64,000 nucleotides of DNA. Origin: a virus. Taxonomy: Duplodnaviria; Caudoviricetes. Below the pieces are notes generated by a model. It was not told the DNA's origin. It saw only the letters and a list, made by a program, of their open reading frames with translations, and made no database searches. Location: positions 11,545 to 75,544 of the IMG/VR virus record IMGVR_UViG_3300033067_001005; one strand, given 5' to 3'. A program made the translations under genes and the position numbers. Numbering within the stretch: the stretch's first letter is position 1; the number at the start of each line of letters is the position of its first letter. Below are positions 1 to 8,535 of the stretch, in pieces.

Positions 1-15
1 AAGCCGGGCGAGAAG

Positions 16-240
16 TTGATCCAGGAATACTTAGAGCGGCAGAGGACTACGCGCAGAAACAGGTTGAGCGCGACGTCCTCCATACCACTAGGAAGCCAAC
101 CCATTAGGATCTACGATCCTGAGGAGCTAATGTGCAGGTGTGGCCACCTGCAAGATGAGCACACCAAGACGGGCACATACACGCCGTGTCGCGTCTGTAG
201 GTGTGGCAACTTTGTCGTAAAAGAGGAGAAACGGAAATGA
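16..240 (+). CDS. small Zn-ribbon-like hypothetical protein
   Basis: 74 aa ORF with CRCGH and CRVCRC motifs; stop overlaps the next ATG (ATGA at 237-240). Confidence 0.55.
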   Translation: MIQEYLERQRTTRRNRLSATSSIPLGSQPIRIYDPEELMCRCGHLQDEHTKTGTYTPCRVCRCGNFVVKEEKRK

Positions 241-758
241 AGGCGATTCTAATGGCACTGGTCATCACCCTCCTCCCCTTCAAGCCGGAGCCGGAAGGCG
301 AAGTCATGAAGAGGGCAGCCAAGGCAGCCGAAGCTGCTGCCTACATCGTGAGTTATCGAATCGGAGACGTGAAAAACCCCACTAACGCTCTACGCCAGCG
401 TGAGACGTGGGCACGCATCATGTTCGTCTTTGCCTACTACGAGGCAAGTTGGTATGCTTCTCCGAAGGGCTCCAACGATGAGGGACGAGCGTGCGGCGTT
501 CTACAGGTACACAATCCTGAGAAATACGTGACCGGCTACGACTGCAAGTCCGTACGGGGCAGCCTAGAGAAGGGCTTTGACGTGGGCCTAGCTCTGATGA
601 TGCGTCTAGAGAAGCAGTGCGGGAGCAAGAAGGCTGCTCTAACTGCTTACGCCACTGATGGGGCCTGCCACAACTGGACGCTTCCGCTGGTGGTAAAGCG
701 TTGCAAAGAGGCGGGACTAACGGAAGAGTGCGAGCTTCCACTGAAGAAAGCGGCATAG
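237..758 (+). CDS. lytic transglycosylase (SLT/lysozyme-like) with N-terminal hydrophobic anchor; candidate endolysin
   Basis: YYEASW...GRACGVLQV resembles the SLT catalytic Glu-Ser and GxxQ motifs; N-terminus MKAILMALVITLLP is hydrophobic; start placed at ATG 237 after GAGGAG. Confidence 0.6.
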   Translation: MKAILMALVITLLPFKPEPEGEVMKRAAKAAEAAAYIVSYRIGDVKNPTNALRQRETWARIMFVFAYYEASWYASPKGSNDEGRACGVLQVHNPEKYVTGYDCKSVRGSLEKGFDVGLALMMRLEKQCGSKKAALTAYATDGACHNWTLPLVVKRCKEAGLTEECELPLKKAA

Positions 759-1460
759 ATGGCAAACGGACAGGGACCGGAGGCTGCGAGAAAGCTCGTA
801 ATTGTTCTGTTTAGCGGCGGGCTAGACAGCACGGTGACCCTGGCTAATGCACTGAGGAGCGGGCACCGTGTGTGCCCGCTTTTCTTTTGCTATGGTCAGC
901 GAAATCAGGGTCTAGAGCTAGCTGCTGCCACAAGCATCGTTAGCTGGCTGAAGAAGCACTATAGCTTTCTAGATGACCTACTCGTTCAGGGAGTAGCGCT
1001 ACCCAAGATTGGCGGACTCACCGGGGACGAGGAACTGCGAGAGCCCACCGAAGAGCAGCTGTTCGACGGTCAGTCGAACACCTACGTTCCAATGAGAAAC
1101 TTGGTGTTCCTGTCACTAGCTGGAGCAATCGCGGAAGCTAACGAGGCAGAGTCCATCTGGATAGGCTCCACATACTCTGACCAGGCATCTCCAGACACTA
1201 GAGACACGTTCCTAGCCGCTGTACAGGTAGCTATGATGCTGGGCTCACGAATTGGCGCCAAAGAACCAATTCGCATTAGAGCTCCGTATGGCGAGCTGAA
1301 TAGGCTGGTTGTCGTAGAGGATGGGAAGGCCTGGGGCCTTCCTCTGCACCTCACCCGCACTTGCTACGCAAACAAGCCCAAGCCGTGCAGAGTGTGCAGC
1401 GCTTGTAAGCAGCGGGAAAAAGCCTTCAAAGACGCACGCGAGGAAGACCCGGCTCTGTGA
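759..1460 (+). CDS. queC: 7-cyano-7-deazaguanine (preQ0) synthase
   Basis: LFSGGLDS PP-loop, YGQR, YVPMRNLVFLS, PDTR and C-terminal TCY...PCRVCSAC Zn site. Confidence 0.93.
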   Translation: MANGQGPEAARKLVIVLFSGGLDSTVTLANALRSGHRVCPLFFCYGQRNQGLELAAATSIVSWLKKHYSFLDDLLVQGVALPKIGGLTGDEELREPTEEQLFDGQSNTYVPMRNLVFLSLAGAIAEANEAESIWIGSTYSDQASPDTRDTFLAAVQVAMMLGSRIGAKEPIRIRAPYGELNRLVVVEDGKAWGLPLHLTRTCYANKPKPCRVCSACKQREKAFKDAREEDPAL

Positions 1461-1537
1461 AGCTGGACGAAGCACAAGAGCGGGTGTAGATTCTCTCTCG
1501 TAGGACAGAGGACCTGTTCTATAGAGGAGAAAGCATC

Positions 1538-1780
1538 ATGAAGAAGTTCCTAGGTACGTTCGACGGCGGTGGCGGCGGTGGCGGCGGTGGTGGCGGGGGC
1601 GCTGGCGCTACCCGTCCGACGGGTCGTCAGCCTGCTGGCCGTCCTACCGGCCGTCAGCCCGGCATCCTTCAGCGCATCGGCAACGGTATCGTCCGTGGCG
1701 CTGGCGCTGTCAGCCGGTTCGCTGGCCGTGTCGTCGGCTCCGCTCGTCGGGGCTTTGCGGCTGGCCAGGCCGCTCGCTAA
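1538..1780 (+). CDS. small Gly/Arg-rich peptide with KKFLGTFD N-terminal motif
   Basis: strong SD (AGAGGAG) before ATG; 12-Gly run, RPTGRQP twice, cationic amphipathic C-terminus; N-terminus identical over 8 aa to the scaffold N-terminus. Confidence 0.7.
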   Translation: MKKFLGTFDGGGGGGGGGGGGAGATRPTGRQPAGRPTGRQPGILQRIGNGIVRGAGAVSRFAGRVVGSARRGFAAGQAAR

Positions 1781-1805
1781 TCTCTAACGACTAAGGGTTT
1801 CTTTT

Positions 1806-1838
1806 CCTGGTTGTCACCCGCACTCCTCTACAACCAGG
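1806..1838. promoter_or_regulatory. inverted repeat (9-bp stem, 15-nt loop) between the peptide gene and the prp-like gene
   Basis: CCTGGTTGT (1806-1814) is the reverse complement of ACAACCAGG (1830-1838). Confidence 0.45.
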
Positions 1839-1851
1839 CCCCCTAACTCCC

Positions 1852-2211
1852 ATGATCAAATGCAAGACCTCTAAAGACGGTGATTGGATCACCTTTAGCG
1901 TTAGCGGACACTCAGAAGACACGGGCGACGAAGAGCGCTTTCAAGTCTGTGCCGGAGTCTCTACGCTAGCTGTGGGCCTTCTAGCACTAACAACTAACGT
2001 CGGTAGCAGAGCCAAGCGACTACAGCACGCAGACGGCCACGTTCTAATCGACATCCCAGCATCCGATGAGGCAATGCTCTCGTCGTTGAAGTTCGTCAAG
2101 TACGCGCTAAGGGTGCTGTATTCTGGCTATAGCGAGCATCTAGAGCTTGATTTCGCAGACGACGTACCGGAGTACGCGCCTTGGCCGAGCCCAGATCCCA
2201 CGTTGGCGTAG
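1852..2211 (+). CDS. prp: Prp-family (YsxB/DUF464, ribosomal-processing type) cysteine protease
   Basis: FSVSGHS...QVCAGVSTL matches the Prp catalytic GH...VCAxVS signature; ~110 aa size and C-terminal L..L...Y.EH pattern fit the family. Confidence 0.8.
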   Translation: MIKCKTSKDGDWITFSVSGHSEDTGDEERFQVCAGVSTLAVGLLALTTNVGSRAKRLQHADGHVLIDIPASDEAMLSSLKFVKYALRVLYSGYSEHLELDFADDVPEYAPWPSPDPTLA

Positions 2212-3818
2212 CTGGTAGCTGCCCCCTAGATACGGAGAAGCTGACGGACCTAATCCTGGCGTTCGTCGTCCTCTTCAACGAGCCTATGGGGATCCACCTG
2301 TACAGGTATCAACGCCTGTTCATGCGTGAGATCATCCACAGCCTACTAGACCATAACGGTGCGACGCTGACAGGGCTTTGGAGCCGGCAGAGCGGGAAGA
2401 GCGAGGCTCTTTCTAGTCTCGCGCCGGCTCTTTGTGTTTTCCTACCTGCCTTGGCTAAAGCCTTCCCCGGCGACCCAAGACTAACGGACTACACAGAGGG
2501 CTTCTGGGTAGGCATCTTCGCTCCGCGATTGGACCAGAGCGGAATCATCTACGGTCGTATTAGAAGCAAGGCGGAGAAGCCTAGCTCTCTAGCGCTGTAC
2601 CAGGATAACGACATCGGGATTCAGCTCACGCAGAGCCGAGGAGACCAAGTCTCTTGGAGCAACGGGAGCTTCGTCGCGTCTCAAACTGCCAGCGAGCAGA
2701 GCAGCGTTGAGGGTAAGACCTATCACCTCGTGATTCTAGACGAGGCGCAGCTAATCAGCCGGACCAAGGTCAACAAAGAAATCGCCCCGATGTTGGCCGC
2801 TACCAACGGCCTAATGGTGAAGATTGGCACTGCCAGCTTCTATAAGGGCGGCTTTCACGACTCCATCGTCTACAACCTGTCCTACGAGAAGAAGACAGGT
2901 AGGCGCTACCACTTCGAGTTCCCGTACGACGTCGTAATAGAAGAGAAGCGACGCACGTACGAAGAGACGAAGAAGCCCTTCCACCTGAACTACGAAGCCT
3001 GGGTCTCTACTGAGCTAGCTAAGCTCGGCGGGAACAAAGACAACGAAGAGTTCAGGATGAACTTCCGCCTGATGTGGTTCGAGGCCAACACGGGCGCGAT
3101 CGACCGCGATGCCTTCTATGACGCGGCAATTGAGACTCTAGAGGCGAATCAACCCACCTTTAGAGGAGACCTCGTTGCTGGTCTGGACTACGGAAAGAAG
3201 CACGACGCAACCATCCTGACGATCATGTCGGTCAATCCGAAGGAAATCGTCGACACTAGGGCTATGATTCGTCCTGGCGACGACATCCCTGTCTACCACG
3301 AGAAGACCATCATCGCTTGGTTTGAGCTAGAGGGAAGGCGCTGGAAAGAGATCCAGGGCAAGGTCGTTGCCGCTCTCTCCGAATACGCCGTTCACACACT
3401 AGTAGCTGACTCAACTGGCGTGGGAGACCCACTAACAGAGCAGCTACAAGACCTGATTCCCAGCATTAGAGTCATTCCGTTCGTTCTGTCAGCGCAGGGC
3501 AATGACCTGATGTACAAGCTCTATATCCAAGAGATGGAAGCGGGGCGTCTAAAGTACGCTGCCGGACCAGACACAGCTGCAACGAAGGTCTATAAGAACT
3601 TCGTACACGAACATGAGCAGTTGCAAAAACTGCGGAACAACCTCTATATCAAGTGCTGTGCCCCGGAAGGGGAACACGACGACTACCCAGACTCGGCCGC
3701 ACTTTGCTGCTATGCTGCAACGGTCCCTAGGGAATCGTTCATCGAACAGACTCAAAGCCCGTTCAAGTCGCGTCGTAGCAATGCTGCTGGGCGCTCTCGG
3801 TCAGATAGATACAGATAG
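2181..3818 (+). CDS. terL: terminase large subunit
   Basis: Walker A SRQSGKS, Walker B VILDEAQ, nuclease motifs AGLDYGKKHD, DSTGVG and HDDYPDS; TTG start uncertain. Confidence 0.93.
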   Translation: MAEPRSHVGVAGSCPLDTEKLTDLILAFVVLFNEPMGIHLYRYQRLFMREIIHSLLDHNGATLTGLWSRQSGKSEALSSLAPALCVFLPALAKAFPGDPRLTDYTEGFWVGIFAPRLDQSGIIYGRIRSKAEKPSSLALYQDNDIGIQLTQSRGDQVSWSNGSFVASQTASEQSSVEGKTYHLVILDEAQLISRTKVNKEIAPMLAATNGLMVKIGTASFYKGGFHDSIVYNLSYEKKTGRRYHFEFPYDVVIEEKRRTYEETKKPFHLNYEAWVSTELAKLGGNKDNEEFRMNFRLMWFEANTGAIDRDAFYDAAIETLEANQPTFRGDLVAGLDYGKKHDATILTIMSVNPKEIVDTRAMIRPGDDIPVYHEKTIIAWFELEGRRWKEIQGKVVAALSEYAVHTLVADSTGVGDPLTEQLQDLIPSIRVIPFVLSAQGNDLMYKLYIQEMEAGRLKYAAGPDTAATKVYKNFVHEHEQLQKLRNNLYIKCCAPEGEHDDYPDSAALCCYAATVPRESFIEQTQSPFKSRRSNAAGRSRSDRYR

Positions 3819-3828
3819 GGAGACTCCA

Positions 3829-4278
3829 ATGAAGATTTCCGCGCAAGAAGCCATGATGTTCGGTGGACCCAAGGCCGCCGCTGTGTGCGTGGGCCGCATC
3901 GAAAAGGTAGTCAGCCTTCAGGCTGTAGCTGCTACCCTGGCTGCATCCGTCATCTGGGTAGCTGACTTCAAGGGGAAGATCAGCGACGCGCAGTTCGTGT
4001 CGGCTGTTACCCCCGCGGCCGGCGAGAGCATGGTTCTCTCCGTTCTAAAGAACGGCGTTACCATGATGAGCGCCAACGTCACTGTGGACAACACCGTCGC
4101 GGCGAAGAAGAAGTGGGATATCTGGGCCAACCTGGACAAGGCCAAGAACTTCTTCAATGAGGGTGACATCATCACCTTCACCCGCACCTACGTTCCTGGT
4201 GGTACTCCTGCCATGACGGCCACTAACCTCGTCCTAGAGATGGTTGCCGAGGACATCAACGCGGCAAGAGCTATCTAA
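3829..4278 (+). CDS. putative virion beta-sandwich/decoration protein
   Basis: ATG 3829 after GGGAG; LSVLKNG...GDIITF pattern seen in small phage structural proteins. Confidence 0.5.
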   Translation: MKISAQEAMMFGGPKAAAVCVGRIEKVVSLQAVAATLAASVIWVADFKGKISDAQFVSAVTPAAGESMVLSVLKNGVTMMSANVTVDNTVAAKKKWDIWANLDKAKNFFNEGDIITFTRTYVPGGTPAMTATNLVLEMVAEDINAARAI

Positions 4279-4514
4279 TGAGCATTAGAGCCAAATTCCG
4301 TTGCACCTCTGTAGTGAAGTACCCCACTGGCGACGGGGAGACCGTGAGGCTGGGCGCTGTTCACGGAGGAGCCAGCGACGCTAACAAGTCATGGTCGAAG
4401 TTCACTCCGAGCGGAGACCTTCGGCTTCACATCACTAATCCCGAGGCTGAAGGTAAGTTCGTGCCTGGGAACTACTACTTCCTAGACTTCACCGAAACGG
4501 ACAAGGACGGCTAA
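4278..4514 (+). CDS. conserved phage hypothetical protein
   Basis: 78 aa with N.SWSKFTPSG.L.L.I.N...F..G.YY.DF pattern recurrent in phage proteins; TAATG coupling at both ends. Confidence 0.65.
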   Translation: MSIRAKFRCTSVVKYPTGDGETVRLGAVHGGASDANKSWSKFTPSGDLRLHITNPEAEGKFVPGNYYFLDFTETDKDG

Positions 4515-4828
4515 TGCGGAAGAACCTGAATGGCTCCGCTAAGAAGGGGGCCTTCGAGTTTGGGACCAAGAGCGGCAAGCCGGGAGAGCTACCCGCTGTT
4601 CGTCCCTTGATTGGTGCCTTCTACGAGCTGGCTGACGCGAAGCCGCAAGGCAGCCTGGACGAGACGTTTGCAGCCGGTGCTGACGGCGCCTCTTCTAATG
4701 CAATCGCGACCAAGGGCGCAGAGATGCGCAACTTGAACAAGCCAGAAGTAGAGCTGATTGCAGTAGGCAACCCTGGGGAGACCTACCGTGATGAACGAAA
4801 GCGGACCGGGACTGCTAAGATCCCGTGA
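4514..4828 (+). CDS. hypothetical protein
   Basis: coupled ORF (TAATG), 104 aa. Confidence 0.55.
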   Translation: MRKNLNGSAKKGAFEFGTKSGKPGELPAVRPLIGAFYELADAKPQGSLDETFAAGADGASSNAIATKGAEMRNLNKPEVELIAVGNPGETYRDERKRTGTAKIP

Positions 4829-5261
4829 CCGAAACCCCGTTTTCGTTCGCTATTTCGGCCAACTAGTCAGCCCGCGTCTGTATAGGCGCGGGTTTGGCTT
4901 TGTGGGCTTTCTCATCTGGCTCGTCGACCTACTGCGATTCTTTCTAGAGAGATGGCTGGTGTTCACCATCCTGAAGCTAGAGATGAGACGAGCAGGCGCT
5001 ACGAGACGCGAGGTCCAAGAGGCCGTAGAACAAGCCAAGCTGGACGTGAGTACTGGCGGAAACGTCGCTACTACCGTTGGCCAGCCCAAAGAGCGCGGAG
5101 ACCGCTACAAGCTAGGGCGGGCTGTAGAGCTGAGACCGACCCCAATCAGCTCTCAGAGTGACCTAGCCAAAACGATCGCCGCTGCTGCTGCTCCCAGGAG
5201 CAGAGAGCTACGCTACTTTAGAGGTAGACAACTTCTAATTCAGGAGGACAACAATGAATGA
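4791..5261 (+). CDS. hypothetical membrane protein
   Basis: hydrophobic segment GFGFVGFLIWLVDLLRFF; SD GGAG upstream. Confidence 0.5.
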   Translation: MNESGPGLLRSRDRNPVFVRYFGQLVSPRLYRRGFGFVGFLIWLVDLLRFFLERWLVFTILKLEMRRAGATRREVQEAVEQAKLDVSTGGNVATTVGQPKERGDRYKLGRAVELRPTPISSQSDLAKTIAAAAAPRSRELRYFRGRQLLIQEDNNE

Positions 5262-5412
5262 AGTAGTGCCTACCCCGCCTCCGTCTAACGTCCCGACTTC
5301 ACCGTCCGAGGACAAGCGGAAAAGCAATTACAAGAACGTACAGGTCGACTTCTCTGTCGGCACTGGGATGCAGCGCGGATTGCCCGTGCTGATCCCTAAG
5401 AAAGAGAAGTAA
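5254..5412 (+). CDS. small hypothetical protein (52 aa, not in the ORF track)
   Basis: read by hand: AGGAGG SD, ATG 5254, MNEVVPTPPP...PKKEK, TAA overlapping ATG 5412. Confidence 0.6.
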   Translation: MNEVVPTPPPSNVPTSPSEDKRKSNYKNVQVDFSVGTGMQRGLPVLIPKKEK

Positions 5413-5906
5413 TGACATCAGAGCTGCAATCAGCCCTGTCCTCAATAGGAGCCACCGTCGGCCTAATCACCTTCGTTCTGTTCGTTCTAGAGAAGTCTAA
5501 GAACAGCGGAAAGCAGGAGACCAAGCAAGAGAACTCGGTAGAAAAGGCCTCACTAGAGCGACAGATGGCTGACAACCTTCTGGAATCCAAGTTCCAAGCT
5601 TTAGGGCACGACCTGAAACTGGCTATTGCCACTTCGGATGTTCGTTCTGATGAGCGAGGAAAGAGGCTGCAAGAACAGGTAGTGGACATGCACAAGTCCA
5701 TCGCCGCTTTGACTGCGGACATGTCCAACCAGGCAAAGGCGCAGATCATTACGGATGAAAAGCTGTCTACGGTCACGAAGAAGCAGGACGAGACCGAAGC
5801 CCAGCTGGACAAGCTGTCTAATGAAGTGCAATCGCTCGGAAAGCAAATGTCCAAGATAGAGAACAGACTGTCTGGGCATTACTCGAAAACAGATCCCAGC
5901 AAGTAA
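5412..5906 (+). CDS. N-terminally membrane-anchored coiled-coil protein
   Basis: single TM (IGATVGLITFVLFVL) followed by heptad-like coiled coil. Confidence 0.6.
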   Translation: MTSELQSALSSIGATVGLITFVLFVLEKSKNSGKQETKQENSVEKASLERQMADNLLESKFQALGHDLKLAIATSDVRSDERGKRLQEQVVDMHKSIAALTADMSNQAKAQIITDEKLSTVTKKQDETEAQLDKLSNEVQSLGKQMSKIENRLSGHYSKTDPSK

Positions 5907-5916
5907 GGGGTAACTA

Positions 5917-7524
5917 ATGGCCGGCTCATCGATGCAGTTCTTGGCACTACAGGGCGGAAGCGGGACAGCAATCCCGTTTGCCAGAGAGACGGAGCCCAGT
6001 GCTATTGCCACCGTAGCTATGAGCCCCAAGGACTCGCAGCGTCTTCGGCGGTACGAGGAACACTGGCGCTTCTACCAGGGGCGACACTGGAACTTTGACC
6101 GTGAGGATGGCGAGCCTCTAGTTACCTCTAACTACTGTCGCGCAATCGTTCACAAGAAAGCTGCCTGGCTTGTAGGGAAGGGCATGGTGCTCGACACCCC
6201 GCAGGCCTTGCAGCACGTGACGAAGCCAAAGCTCGTAGAGACGTGGAAGTACAATAACGAGCAGATTCTCCTGTGGAAGCTAGCCGTAACTGGCGGCGTC
6301 ACTGGAGACTGCGTTGTACTGGTCACCGTGAAGGAACCGACGGGCGTAGAGCGCCGCTTCAACCCGAACACGGGCGGGCGCATCCACTTGCGGCTTGTAA
6401 TGCCACACCAGTACTTCCCGCGCTACAACCCCCTCAATAACGAAGAGCTAATCGGCGTCCGCATCATTACTGAGGTGGATGCTCCCGCTCCCGTAGAGAG
6501 GGTGGGGATGCGTGGCACTGGCAGGACCGTCGTCCCTCGTAAGCGCCGCTACGTGGAAGACATCACGGCGGAGAAGATTGTAGAGGGGTACGAAGATGGG
6601 CAGATGACCGAGAAGCCGAACGTACTGGGAGAGATCCCCGTCGTTCACTGGGTCAACCTACCGTTCCCCGGCGAAGTCTTCGGACAATCGGACCTAGACG
6701 GCGCAATCGACCTACAGCGTGAGCTGAACGAGAAGTTGACCGACCTCTCGGACATCATCAACTATCACGCGGCGCCAATCACCATCGTGACGGGTGCAAA
6801 GGCTAAGGCACTAGAGAAGGACGCCCGCAACATGTGGACGGGCCTTCCTGCTGACGCCAAGGTGTACAACCTCGAGCTGGGAAGCTCCGGGGACACTAAC
6901 TACAGGTACGTCGAGCTTGTGCGCAAGATGCTGCTAGAGCTTGCCAGCGTTCCTGAGGTAGCCCTGGGTGGCATCATCGCCATCTCCAATACGGCAGCCG
7001 CGGCACTAGAGGTGCAATTCCAGCCTCTGACGGAAGCCATCGACCAGAAGCGGCCGAACTATGAGCAGGGCCTAGAGCGCGTGAACTATCTGATTCTGCG
7101 CTGGTGGCAGACCATGGAGAAGTTCAACCTCCCCGTCGACCTCTGTAAGGAATGCGGCGGAAGGATTCTGACCTTCCAGGTCAAGACCAAGGATGGCAAG
7201 CAGCGCACGATGCGCAAATGCTACCTAATCGACCCGCAGACTCTAGAGTTCATGGAGCCTGACGATGTCCGCGTTAACGTAAAGCGCGAATACTCGTTCG
7301 GCACCGAGACTCGGATGATGCCCTACGGCCAGGTAAAGAAGGAGTTCTTGCAGCGCTCCGCCTCCTACTGGGACCCCATGCCCAGAATCGATAAGGTCGA
7401 AGAGGAGCAAAGCAAGCTAGACATGGCGGAGCAGAAGAAGGAAGAAGCCGCTAAAGAGCAAATTGCGGCAGCTGGTTATGACCCTGAGCAGCTGGCGGCT
7501 GCGGAGAAGCCAGGAGAAGAATAA
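5917..7524 (+). CDS. portal protein, SPP1 gp6-like, N-terminal part plus a C-terminal extension
   Basis: RFYQGRH, NYCRAIV, G.IPVVH..N, GQSDL..IDLQ..N, P.VALG..SN.AAL motifs; the usual crown segment is missing and is found in 8535..9179. Confidence 0.88.
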   Translation: MAGSSMQFLALQGGSGTAIPFARETEPSAIATVAMSPKDSQRLRRYEEHWRFYQGRHWNFDREDGEPLVTSNYCRAIVHKKAAWLVGKGMVLDTPQALQHVTKPKLVETWKYNNEQILLWKLAVTGGVTGDCVVLVTVKEPTGVERRFNPNTGGRIHLRLVMPHQYFPRYNPLNNEELIGVRIITEVDAPAPVERVGMRGTGRTVVPRKRRYVEDITAEKIVEGYEDGQMTEKPNVLGEIPVVHWVNLPFPGEVFGQSDLDGAIDLQRELNEKLTDLSDIINYHAAPITIVTGAKAKALEKDARNMWTGLPADAKVYNLELGSSGDTNYRYVELVRKMLLELASVPEVALGGIIAISNTAAAALEVQFQPLTEAIDQKRPNYEQGLERVNYLILRWWQTMEKFNLPVDLCKECGGRILTFQVKTKDGKQRTMRKCYLIDPQTLEFMEPDDVRVNVKREYSFGTETRMMPYGQVKKEFLQRSASYWDPMPRIDKVEEEQSKLDMAEQKKEEAAKEQIAAAGYDPEQLAAAEKPGEE

Positions 7525-7922
7525 TGGGAATCTTCGCTAGTATCGCAGCCAAGCTAGGCCTAGGCGGCTCAGGAAACGCTGCTACACCAAAGGGCGTTAC
7601 TGTCGGCGCTAGAGGCGGGAAGTACTACCTAGATGCTAACGGCAAAAAGGTGTACGGAGACCCTACCAAGGTGAAAGCCAAGGCCGCCGCGGCGCAGAAA
7701 GAGGCCCTACCAAGCAAACAGAAGGACAAGGCCGACGCGCACACGACCAAGGCTTTCGCTGCCTCTAGTAAGGCAAAGGACGCCGCTTCGCACAAGGCAG
7801 CTGCTGACGCGCACAAGATCGCAGCGGAGCATCACAGCAAGATAAACACTAAGTACTCCAAGATGAAGGCCAAGCACCACAGAGAGATGGTGGCCGAGCA
7901 CAGCAAGAAAGCGAAGGGCTAG
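7524..7922 (+). CDS. basic Lys/Ala/His-rich protein with G.RGG.YY...GKKVYG motif
   Basis: GARGGKYYLDANGKKVYG; helical H..AA.AH repeats; coupled to portal by TAATG. Confidence 0.7.
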   Translation: MGIFASIAAKLGLGGSGNAATPKGVTVGARGGKYYLDANGKKVYGDPTKVKAKAAAAQKEALPSKQKDKADAHTTKAFAASSKAKDAASHKAAADAHKIAAEHHSKINTKYSKMKAKHHREMVAEHSKKAKG

Positions 7923-7926
7923 AACC

Positions 7927-8535
7927 ATGGGCGTGTACGGAAAGCTCGCAGAAAAGTTAGGCGTCAGTGGTGGAGGCTCTAAAGGAACCCAGACTGGGCC
8001 CCGAGGCGGAAGATACTATCTGGATGCCAGCGGGAAGAAGGTTTATGGAGAGCCACCCAAAGGCTCTTCTGGTTCTAAGGCCAAGAACAAGGCAGCTGAC
8101 GACCCCGTAGCCATGGCTAAGAAGTTTAGTAGTCAGGCTCATTCCGCTTCCTCCGCTGCATACGATCCTAATTCCCACCATATGGCAGGAAAGGCACATC
8201 TTCTAGCTGCACACCTACAAGGCAAAGCGGGTGACAAGGCAGCTCAGGCCAAGCACCTAGATGCAGCCGAGGCACATGGCGACAAGTCTGCTGCTAATCT
8301 TCCAGCTGGCTACGTAAGCCAAATCAAAGCTGAAGCAGTAATGGCTAAAGCTGAATTGACCGGCAAGAAGATGAAGGGCTCCGGTGACATCATCACTAAG
8401 GGAGCCATGTCTGGGCATCTTTACCACGGAGAGTTGGAAGGAAAGCATGTCTACTCTCGCTCTCTGGAGGGGGGACGTGGCATGGGCCATACAGCTGACT
8501 CCGCCTACAAGTTTTCCGATAAGAAGGTCCACTAA
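7927..8535 (+). CDS. paralog of 7524..7922, basic protein with GPRGGRYY motif
   Basis: GPRGGRYYLDASGKKVYG; similar N-terminus and His/Ala-rich helices. Confidence 0.7.
   Translation: MGVYGKLAEKLGVSGGGSKGTQTGPRGGRYYLDASGKKVYGEPPKGSSGSKAKNKAADDPVAMAKKFSSQAHSASSAAYDPNSHHMAGKAHLLAAHLQGKAGDKAAQAKHLDAAEAHGDKSAANLPAGYVSQIKAEAVMAKAELTGKKMKGSGDIITKGAMSGHLYHGELEGKHVYSRSLEGGRGMGHTADSAYKFSDKKVH

Noticed and set aside
1569-1787. Alternative + strand ORF overlapping the Gly/Arg peptide
   Set aside because: GTG start inside a GGC microsatellite with no SD; the 1538 frame has a strong SD and a motif shared with the scaffold.
3613-3828. Long 5' extension of the 3613..4278 ORF
   Set aside because: Overlaps the terminase 3' end; ATG 3829 after GGGAG is the plausible start.
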